Positions 55,501 through 64,000 of a DNA stretch of 64,000 bases are shown here, one piece after another. This DNA comes from Haplodiscus bocki. Lineage: Eukaryota. Under the pieces are notes generated by a model that was not told where the DNA came from, did not search any database, and saw only the letters and a program-made list of their open reading frames with translations. Within the stretch, counting starts at the first letter, position 1, and every line of letters begins with the position of its first letter. The DNA is taken from positions 19,468,001-19,532,000 of the forward strand of contig OZ296650.1 in the NCBI GenBank assembly GCA_965655095.1, read 5' to 3'. Both the position numbers and the translations under genes were made by a program.

Positions 55501-55808
55501 AGTATTTTCTGAAGAACTGAAAGAAAACTTTGCAAACTCGGACTCAGAAGGTTAAGAGCTACAGTCTCCACGAAACCCTTTGACTGATGATGAAGCGGAA
55601 AAAGAAACCGTGGAAGATGATAGAGAAAGTGTCGGAAGTGGTCATTCAAGCGACATTCAAGTCATTACAGTATCATCAGAAGATGACAGGAACTTGCTAT
55701 CCGATTCGTTAAGATATATTGACTTTAACAACTTTAACTACTGAAGACGAATCATACAGACCGAAGAAAAAAGCAAAGCTGAATGACTTGGAGAAAGATA
55801 GCGAATGA
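52214..55808 (+). pseudogene. polB: Parental protein-primed family B DNA polymerase (Polinton/Maverick/adintovirus type), with stops and frameshifts, 5' part missing here
   Basis: Motifs appear in order: DHNCF, HHY, CRNCF..H..C, ExoI region (VIYFDL in most array copies), degenerate DHCH..G..AH..CN, ExoII (NLSNYDLH), RFVESLRFM, KGVYPYTY, CYETYKLD (to ~53820), motif A remnant (D)ANNLY (~54045), GFILEVDLHYP, WLKPYIQLNT, motif B KMMNNSCYGKT (~54524-54556), KPTIVG..ILD, motif C YSDTDS (54818-54835), KFKDE, PKMYS, KGV, SALDHKM. An acidic tail ends RPKKKAK...SE* at 55808. Confidence 0.93.
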
Positions 55809-55825
55809 GAGCTAACACTGTTGAT

Positions 55826-56210
55826 TTACTTTGGTATGCCTTTTTGTGCAATGGAGCTTAAGTAGTTTCGAATAGCTTGTTCAAGATGATCTTGACTGGT
55901 TTTGAGCGCTTTTGTTAGCCATGAAATGAAGTATTGTTTGGTGGATTTTTTTTGGCTCATCAGTAGCGAACCGGAGCAATGAACGTGTTTTATGAAGGAA
56001 ATATTCATGTAAGGTACCCAATGTAGGTTCAAATGGGTCGTTTCGTTATATGTTTTCCGATGATAATTTAAGTTGACGTATCAGTCAGTTTATATAGGAC
56101 TAGATCGAGTCAAATGATACCAAGTGTTATTATTCAGAAGCCTGTTGTGCACTACGTTACCTAATTTATATTGTAATTGAAGGATGCTGCATCCCCAACA
56201 TTACAACATT
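55826..56210 (-). pseudogene. Small degenerate hypothetical gene convergent with polB
   Basis: ORF 55826-56032 extends upstream in the same frame through stops (CWGCSILQLQYKLG...HLNLHWVPY). It ends 18 bp from the polB stop. No family recognised. Confidence 0.3.
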
Positions 56211-56314
56211 TCATAGATAGAAAGTTGAATTCAGACTTGTAATGTGAATCAACAGAGCAAAATCAAAACATGGAAAATCATCAATGCATATAATGTTTCA
56301 ACGATTTCAACCAT

Positions 56315-57317
56315 TCACTTTTTCTGTGATTGTTTATCCTTCCGTGCTTTGTTCATGATTTCTATCTTTGCGAGCTGTTTTTGTCTCTTGGATTTTTTCC
56401 GAGCTGCTTCCGTTGTTGCAATTTTGGCAAAGTTCGACGCTTCCTGCTGGGTTTTCAGGAAATCACGCACTAAACTTCTCTTCTAAAAGTCACTTCTAAA
56501 ATGCCCAACACCCCTTCGGTGGTTTGACAAAGCCTTGATCAATTTTGTGGTTTCGTTTTGACTGTTTTCCAAGACTTCAAAACCTTAAACAAAAGTTTAA
56601 AAATGAAACTTTCAGTCTCCAGTGTGGCAAAAACTCTTTTGAGTACTCAATAAAGATTGACATGCACTGAAAAAAAGCTCTCGTTTTTTGTACCAACTGC
56701 TGAGCCGTACAGTAACTGTCAGAAACGCATTATGATAGGGAATGATGACTGTTTCCTCCGGTTGTTGGATATGAAACAGAATTTTTTCTTTCTTTCCGTG
56801 TTTCCTCCGGAGATTAGCCTCTACGGCGTTCGGGCTGGTCAGCGCCCGAGAAGCCAGAATGTCCTTCCTCTGTGATCCCCACGAGATCCACAGTCGTTGT
56901 ACATTTCGAGTAAAGAAACAATTCGCATAAGTTTGTCCTAAAGCCGGAAACTGTGGTTCTTGAATCCGCTCCCTTTCATGACAGTCCTAATATTGGTTCA
57001 ACGTACCATTGAGCTTGAACAGAGCTAGTTGATCGCGATCCTCCAATAGCTGCATGCGATTCCAATATGGGTAGTTACAGCTATCGGGATCAACGTTTTT
57101 CTCAGTTACTTCGAATAAATGCCGTAAACCAAACTCCGATGTTGTTTTCCATGGCTAGAGTGTGATCCCAGATTTTAACTGGTAAAGCACCGGACAAAAC
57201 AACAGGCTCTTTTAGGTCTGCTCGATCCTGAACATAATCAGAGGCACGTGCAGTCGACTAGAAGTGCCCAACGTCAAAAACAGATATCAGACGTGATGAG
57301 ATATTCATATCAATGAC
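56315..57317 (-). pseudogene. Degenerate JmjC/cupin-like gene (paralog 2)
   Basis: Manual translation across stops and frameshifts gives LKEPVVLSGALPVKIWD ... KGSGFKNH (56953-56973) ... ANCFFTRNVQRLW ... FHIQQPEETVIIPYHNAFLTV ... KALSNHRRG ... a basic tail ending at TGA 56315. A possible acceptor ttttcag lies at 57318. The distal His is not clearly present. Confidence 0.4.
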
Positions 57318-57674
57318 CTGAAAAACAAGTGAAAATCGAGTGAAAAAAGAATTTGCTCAAATTACGCGAAACCCGTAGCAAAAACGATTTGAGAATTGTT
57401 TTGAGCGTCCGATCAGCGGTGCTGCATCAACTTTCTAAACTGCACTGAAAAAGGGCACACGTTTTTGATAGCAAATTAATTAAACCCGCAATCAAAACTT
57501 CTGAAAACAAACTGAACGTATGATAGACTGATCTGCTGGGTAGACTTTTAGCCAAAATGGGTTCACCTCCTCCGCTTCTTATACACCGCACTCGCAAGAA
57601 AATATCAAATTTGTTGTATGTTTTATTCTGATGACAGGCCACCTGAGAGCCACCTGCTTAACCAGGTAAAAAAA

Positions 57675-57872
57675 TCAAATTGTTTGAAATGAAATCATCA
57701 ACATAATCATTATCAATGTTGTTTTTGAAACAGTTTTCTTAAACCAGAAGTCTTCAGTCCACACCCGAAAGGGGCCGTGGTGTATGATTGTAAAGTCCAT
57801 CTGTAAATGCATACCTTTACTTGCCCGACCCAAAGGGCCTGGGCTTATCACTGTAAACTCTGTGTGTTCCAT
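57675..57872 (-). CDS. Hypothetical 65-aa ORF between the two JmjC-like genes
   Basis: ATG-started ORF beginning ~40 bp after the inferred stop of the upstream JmjC-like gene. No motif. Confidence 0.2.
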   Translation of the reverse strand: MEHTEFTVISPGPLGRASKGMHLQMDFTIIHHGPFRVWTEDFWFKKTVSKTTLIMIMLMISFQTI

Positions 57873-57909
57873 TCGTTACAAAAAATTGTATCACAACATC
57901 TGTTCTTTT

Positions 57910-58922
57910 TTACTTGGAAAAGCCTCCTATGTTTTTATATTTCTGTCTCAGGACAGGCAGGTTCTTGCTTCGCCTGACCTTTTTAGTGTTCTTTCGGTTG
58001 AAGGATTTTTTCATATCCTTCTTTTCCAATACAGTTTTGTTTTAATGGAACCACATCAAATGTTCTGTCAAACTGCTTATTTCATCAAGTTTTGTCAGCT
58101 TTTTCTTCGATAATTTTTTTGAGACATCACGATTGCTTTTTCGAAAACTTCGTCTACATGTTCTTCTTTTCTCTTCTTTTGCCTTCCATGTGCGTATTAA
58201 TTGAGAACCTGCCTACCTCGTTTGACATCAGCAGCCAGAGTTCCCTCCCATCTACAAACTAAAAACGGCCCTGCACTCACTGTCAGCACAACATGCGCAC
58301 ACAGTGCAGGTGGACACAAGACTGGATTACTGTCAGATATGAAAAACTTGACCTTATCTTTTTCAACCTTCGATGGTCCACGTTGAATCCCATACCACAG
58401 ATAAGCAATTGACTTGACTTTCGGTTCCAAAAACACTGATTGTACTCCTCGGTCATGATTTTTGTCCCCAAGAGGGCTGTAGGAGATGGAATCGTCTCCC
58501 TCACTCTCGATGTGACCATCTGTGGACCAGGGACCACTTCCAATGATAGCATCTGTGCTGGTTACTTTAACAGATGCCGGTGCGTCGACACTAGGGAAAC
58601 CTTCAAAATTACATGTAACTGCTCGCGATCCCGCCACGTTTAACTGTTTCTCAATGCATTTTATCCCTTGGTAAAAATTGATCTTTTTCTTTTTCAATTT
58701 CAGGACAGTAGCAAGTAAAAACGTCCCGCGAGTGGCATCACTGATAACGTCTTCCCTCACACTAACAAAACCCTGGTTAACATTTTTCACTGGTTTGGTT
58801 AATCAATCTTTGCATATTAGCTCTTTCACATCTGATGAAGCAGTACGAGTCATTATTTCAATCCAAGGTTTCAGGTCTTCACCATCAACCGCAGGAACCT
58901 CCTCCCAGCCATATTCTTTCAT
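57910..58922 (-). pseudogene. JmjC/cupin-fold 2OG-Fe(II) dioxygenase-like gene (paralog 1), with premature stops and a frameshift
   Basis: The core ORF 58197-58790 has IIGSGPWSTDGHIE..GDDS....PLGDK (HxE within 58506-58517) and PALCAHVVLTV (distal His 58293-58295). It extends upstream through one stop to an ATG at 58922 (..KD*LTKPV..) and downstream to a basic tail ending at 57910. Confidence 0.6.
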
Positions 58923-59145
58923 ATTTTTCCGAAATCTGGATGATTTCTCAAATTCTCTACTGTCTGGGAAATTGAGTGTCGCCTGACTGAAACTTCACTT
59001 CTCTGAAAACCAATGACTTTGAGAATAACATCTATAACCGGCTATTTCAAGACATCTTCAAAGCGAAAAACGTGCCACTTTAAGACTCATTTCAAATCTT
59101 GCGGAGAATCAGAATACAGAGAACAAAAATTTAACGTCTAAAAAT

Positions 59146-59300
59146 GCACTATGAACGAGTGGTTAGTGCACGTGGCCGCTAGCTGAGGGGTCTGGGTTCG
59201 GGGATTTTTACATCATATCTTTATATTTAATAATCCCGGGATTGCCCTGAGAAACCATGTAAATAACCTTACTCTTGAGGTAGGTTGGTGTCAAATGGAT
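59146..59300 (+). mobile_element. Probable tRNA-derived SINE remnant
   Basis: gcactatgaacgAGTGGTTAGtgcacg (A-box-like), then ggGTTCG (B-box-like) about 40 bp downstream. No complete cloverleaf. The 3' end is uncertain. Confidence 0.4.
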
Positions 59301-59309
59301 GGCTCAGTT

Positions 59310-60230
59310 TCTTTCTAAGAGCTTTTTTTGATACAACTCCATACACAAGCAGCACATATTGAATCCCCGGATCGATGTAACCATTAGAAGACACCATAGA
59401 AAGGGTCTCTGACAGAATTTTGATGATAGGGGATATCACAGAGCTCAGATAATTTTCGATTTACTCCGTTAACACGCTTTTTCAAATTTAGCTGATTATC
59501 AAGAACAATTCAAAGGTTTTCTACACACTCTGATAAGACCATTTGATTAAGTTGCAGATCAACCATCATCTAGCCTTCGACTTTTCTGCCAAAACTTATC
59601 AAGAGAGCCTTCGATTTTCCAGACTTCAAGGAGATCCGTTAAAACTGCAGCCATTCCTTAAATTTTGTAGATCCTTGTTACCTACACTTAAACTTACATC
59701 GTTTTCAGAGTGGCATACATTCAAGACAGTGATAAAACGGAACGATCGTCTTCTTTTCAAGCGATCGGGTAACTGGTTTAGGTACATGAAGAACAGTAAA
59801 GGTCCCAAAACAGAGCCCCATGCGACACTTAATTTTTTTTACCTTAGTGAAGATTTCAAGTGTTTTTTCTGAACAAATTGATTTCGATTACTAAGCCTCG
59901 AATTGCTATGGCTGCCAGTTTATCCAATAATATTTTGTGATTTACAGTGTTGAATGCTTCACTAACTTTCCCAAAAACAAAAAATAGCGTACTTAATTTG
60001 AGGTAAATCTCGATTTCGCCACGTGCAGGTGCAGTGCAGTACCGGCTCTAAGCACTGCCTCAAGTGTGTTCCGTTTCTTCTCGCAACTGAATTCATCCGC
60101 TGTGAAGATTTCGCTACCAGAATATACTCGTTGTTTCATCAGTTTCTCGAAAATTTTTAAAAGCACATTATGACTGATACTGGTCTGTGATTTGATGGTG
60201 TTGTAAGATTTCCTCATTGATTATCTACTT
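59310..60230 (-). mobile_element. Degenerate LINE (CR1/L2-like) reverse transcriptase fragment
   Basis: Minus-strand remnants in the correct order: LKIFEKLMKQR, SEAFNTVNHKILLDKL...IRG, SNRNQFV, GSVLGPLLFFMYLNQLP, DLQNL..., and C..VW near 59340. Confidence 0.8.
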
Positions 60231-61624
60231 GTTTGACGAATGAAAAGAGCAATGCATGGAATCGTTCTCATTGATAGCACCCGTTTTCAACGATAGCAAC
60301 CGTTCTCTAAGTTTGGATTAGTTCGGTGCTTTAGGACGGACCTATTAGTTGAACACCGTTTCTGTTGTTGGCTCAGTTAAAACTTGCCGGGAGAGTAGAC
60401 CTAAATTTTCACAGTCATCAAATTGATGAAAAACACGAACTCGAAATGCGAAAAAAAGGAATTAATTGTAACTCAAAAAATATGCTGAAAGTTCCCCGTC
60501 ATTTCACCAATACCAGCAACCGGTTATTTAATCATTTACCGCCCATATTTAAACATGGAAGGAAAACACTCCACTTGAAGGGTGTATTTTTCTACGCTTA
60601 TTTGGCAATCGAAAATGACCAAATGTCCAACGGTTGCAAATTTTTTATCGCCAAACTACAGCAAATTAGCCGTAGAATCCATGAGAAATAGAAAGATTTC
60701 TCAAATACGTACGCAAATAAAAGAAGTTGATTTCTTTTGAAATCAAGTAAAGCTGGCAATTTTTCTGTAAAATTATTTTTCAAAATTGTTTTTTCCACCT
60801 TTATTAAGGTTTGCAAAACAAAATTATTTTTGAACTTCTAAAAGTTACAAATTTGATGGTTTTTCTTCAAAACTTACGTTTTCATCATTCTAATAGGTAT
60901 CTTCAACCAAGTTGGAGGGCGCAAAATATCCCAATGCTGAGAACAATGTTGACTTGGTTACGAGTGTAACGAAGTTTATTTCTGAGCTAAAGCTGTCACG
61001 AGGCTTTTCTCTTCAGGAGCTGATAACTGTTTTTTAAGCGAAAGATATCAATCATTTTCGGGATATTGTTCAGTTTGCATGCACGAAAAACCTGAGACTT
61101 TTTGATGCTCAGTTTATGTATTTTGGCAGCAAACATTTGTTTTGTAAAATTGGCTCCTCAAAATTTGATTCCCTTATTCTTCAAGCGAGCAATTGGAGAA
61201 GAAACCCCTAAGGCAGCGTGTTAAAACTTGTTTATTTCAACCAAAACTAATTCATGTGACGTTACAACAAAGTAGACTTCCAGACAGCTGGAAATGAGAG
61301 AAAATTTCTGTCGAAATTAACTCTGAAAATCATCGGGTCCAATTTTTTTGTTTGTGATTCTCTTTTCGATGCAAGTCCGTGAATCACAATTCCCTATCAA
61401 TATCAATTTTTGGCTCATATATTTTGTACATTCTCATCAACAAGTTCGTTGATTTAGCTTTTTTTGTAGGACACACTTCGAAAATGCTCCATTGCTATCG
61501 TTTTGTCCATGTGGCTTTCGAATGTCGATTGATGATTTCCATCGATAATCAGTCCGCCCAGGTATTTTGTTTTCCATCCCTGTCAGGAGCTTTTGTTGCA
61601 CTCTGAAAATGTTTTTTTTTCAAC

Positions 61625-61692
61625 TTTCACTGAATAGAAATCGAATTTCACTGAATAGAAATCGAATTTCACTGAATAGAAATCGAATTTCA
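61625..61692. repeat. 21-bp minisatellite, 3.2 copies
   Basis: tttcactgaatagaaatcgaa x3 plus tttca, perfect copies. Confidence 0.95.
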
Positions 61693-63471
61693 ATTGAATT
61701 TTCAAAAGTCTCTTCTGTCGTCGATTGTTGAAAGTGCTCTTTTTGACGACCATTCGTTCGATTGCCTCCACCCAGTGTGAATTCTACTTCTCGGTGCTTG
61801 GAGAATCTGCCTGATAGCGGAGGCAGCTGGTTTGACACTTTTTTCTGTCTAATATGTGTTTTTCTGAATGGAAACGTAAATTTGTTGTGCGCTTTCCTTC
61901 AAAAGATTGTTTCCTAATTACTATTGGTCAGGTCATGGCCATCCTGTGCTGAATAAACTAGTTTTTGCCTCAGGTATCGGTTGAGTATCAAAAACTGTGT
62001 TTTCTGTATTATTCGGTCGATAATATATAAAGCACAGTACATAAACACGGTTTTCTATGCTATGTCGGTAGCTGCCGTATAGATCTTTTTCATTCGGTTT
62101 TAGCTTTATTCATTTCACAACGCTGCTATTGCGCAGCGTTTGATAGCATTGTGTTCATTGGGAATACACCTCAACATCATTTCAAGTCATGGGAAATCTG
62201 ATTTCTTCGTCAAGCGGTGGTGTAGTGTAAAGATTGTTCAACTCTTTTAGAACCGCTTGTTCGTAGGAATTAGGTTCACGAGTGTTTATGGTTTTCTGTT
62301 AGACTGACGTCAATCAGGTGTTCTGGAATAGAATTGTGAGGGACCTTTTTCCGCTCTTTGGGTTGTCGACTCGGTTGTTGAACTGTTCTCTAACACCGGG
62401 GTGCAATTTTGGCTGTTTTCGCTCGCTTGCTTTGCGCGGTCACTGATAAATTACGAAACCGCGTAGCAATGAATTGACAAATTTGTGTATAAATGGACAA
62501 ATTTTGTAGTGTCGGTAATTGGTGCTTGTCTGAAATCTTTTTCAATTGTTTTTCACCGATAATTCTGCAATTTGCATTCATCTACTGCCTAATTCACCTA
62601 AGTTCAATGAAAGAAGAACTTGCACTGGTGTAAAATAAATCTGTGAGCAAAAATTTACTGCGTACGTGCATTTTCACAGAAAAACTCCGACCTTTTTTTC
62701 TCCAAATCGTTTTTCTCGAAGGACATTGGTTGGATTGCGACTATGCAGTGCTCAATGGAAAGTCCATAATCTGGAAAATATGCGACGAAGCAGGGATGTC
62801 TCCTTTAATACCTTTCACGCGAATTATCTTGACTTGTACTCTGAAATTCGAAAGTTATTTGCTGGTGTGTTCTTTGAAAGTTGCTGTTCTCGAAGAATTT
62901 GCGAAGGTGCTGGGGTGTTTCGTTTCGTGCTTTTCGCGCGATTTATTAGGACTTAGGAATTTTTGAACTTCGAAAATACTCATGGGGTTATTCGGTTTCC
63001 ATTTTTTGTGGTTTTCTACGATTTTCGTTCGACATTTTTCGTTTTTTTTTTTTCATTTTGGGGAGTGAGGATGTTTTGTTTCTTGTACTGTTACCGCGAA
63101 ATGTTTCGACTTGTAATTGGAATTTTGAATTTTTCTTCTTACCAGAAGTTTTGATAACTTACTGATGTCTTTTCAAAACATTTTTTGGCAAATGAGGATG
63201 GCTTTGCGTCCATTCAATGTTTAATTTGAGTGCTGTTAAGTAGAATTGCTGTTGAATACTTGTATTTTTCATTTCTTTGTCTTCAATTGAAACAATTTTT
63301 TCTGTTGACATTTGCTATGACCAAAGTACAATTGATCAGTTTGTGTGCGAAGCGCAACTTCGCCTTTGTGTCATTTATCATTTTTGCTTTAGCATTCGAG
63401 TCTCGCAAATTGATCAACAGAGCAGCATTACCTCTGAGCTGAGTGCGTTGTATCTATACGAGAACCAAAAG

Positions 63472-63834
63472 ATGCCAAATTACGACTTTCAAACTGAAGA
63501 CTATACCAATTTGGAGCCCCTCAAAGCGCTCACCCCCGAGGATCTACAAATGCTGGGCTTGCCTGACTCTGGAGGCTGCGAGATGGAAAACACCGAAGAG
63601 ATTGATCAGTATTGGTCTTCTCAAGTCCGCATCTCGGGTGAACCAGTTGCAACTAGTACTCAAATGGCTTCATCGCTGTCTGTTGGTAACGCGATGCCGG
63701 AATTGACAATGGAAGATTTGAATCCGTATGAATCGTTCGCTTTCTCTGCTAGCAATGTTGAGTGTGAGGAAGAGGAAGAGGAGGATGAACAAGATGAAGA
63801 GCAGGATGCTGAACTTAATGTGAAGTTTTTATGA
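63472..63834 (+). CDS. Acidic, probably disordered ORF or exon of an unknown gene
   Basis: The open frame 63277-63834 has an in-frame ATG at 63472, higher GC than its flanks, and a poly-Glu/Asp tract. There is a candidate acceptor tttttgctttag at 63392 and a weak candidate donor at ~63820. Confidence 0.45.
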   Translation: MPNYDFQTEDYTNLEPLKALTPEDLQMLGLPDSGGCEMENTEEIDQYWSSQVRISGEPVATSTQMASSLSVGNAMPELTMEDLNPYESFAFSASNVECEEEEEEDEQDEEQDAELNVKFL

Positions 63835-64000
63835 AACGAAAAAATGCCCAAGTTGATGATCAATCTGCATGAATAATTTGATTTGTTATCAGGAATATTC
63901 CGGCAGAAAAATTAATTCTCACTCCCGAGATGATCTATTTTACCATTTCTCATCAATTTGCTTCAAATGATTTTCCTTCAATTTCTTGGCTTTTAAAAAA

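Larger units (their letters stand above)
1..58990. mobile_element. Decayed Polinton/adintovirus-like element (polB, internal array expansion and convergent minus-strand genes); boundaries not visible
   Basis: pPolB type, plus tightly packed convergent ORFs starting 18 bp after the polB stop. No TIR, integrase, ATPase or capsid was recognised in the window. The right boundary is a guess, placed before the SINE/LINE remnants. Confidence 0.6.

Noticed and set aside
1-55808. Stop-codon reassignment (TAA/TAG=Glu, TGA=Trp), suggested by YFDL-TAA-S, TY-TAG-DKNG and LNC-TGA-KN
   Set aside because: Each is one substitution from GAA, GAG or TGG. Other TGA/TAG codons align with TCA, CGA or AAG in sister units, and frameshifts are common, so ordinary decay explains them.
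58201-58986. Plus-strand ORFs 58201, 58440 and 58678
   Set aside because: They are antisense shadows of the JmjC-like gene.
58990-59150. Polinton terminal inverted repeat or element end
   Set aside because: No AG/AGT-type terminal repeat is visible, and the partner end is outside the window.
59146-59215. Functional tRNA gene
   Set aside because: It has A- and B-box-like motifs, but I could not fold an acceptor stem or T-arm. It is treated as a SINE head.
60365-63230. Short ORFs in this interval as genes
   Set aside because: They are AT-rich, mostly start at non-ATG codons and have no recognisable motifs. The two at 61583-61838 are prolonged by the 21-bp repeat.

Overview
Eukaryotic DNA, probably from an invertebrate animal (it has Polinton-type PolB, LINE and SINE remnants). 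Positions 1-53809 are one uninterrupted head-to-tail tandem array. The monomer is an internal 5' fragment of a Polinton/Maverick/adintovirus-type protein-primed DNA polymerase B (pPolB) gene, covering the OTU-like DxxC...HY region, a CxxC..H..C zinc finger, and the 3'-5' exonuclease with an inserted endonuclease-VII-like zinc finger. There are 21 complete ~1.33-kb units plus a partial one at the window start (1-28281), all carrying a 271-bp deletion of the EndoVII-like finger, followed by 16 ~1.6-kb units (28282-53809). The last unit does not loop back: it runs on into the rest of the degenerate parental polB (motifs A, B, C; ends ~55808), so the array grew in place out of a dead viral/transposon gene. 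Units are mosaics with recent 1-, 2- and 3-copy duplications. Downstream on the minus strand, converging on polB, are two degenerate JmjC/cupin-like genes that look like paralogs and are probably element cargo. These are followed by a tRNA-derived SINE-like head, a CR1/L2-like LINE RT fragment, a 21-bp minisatellite and an acidic ORF or exon. All calls come from reading motifs by eye; no searches were run.
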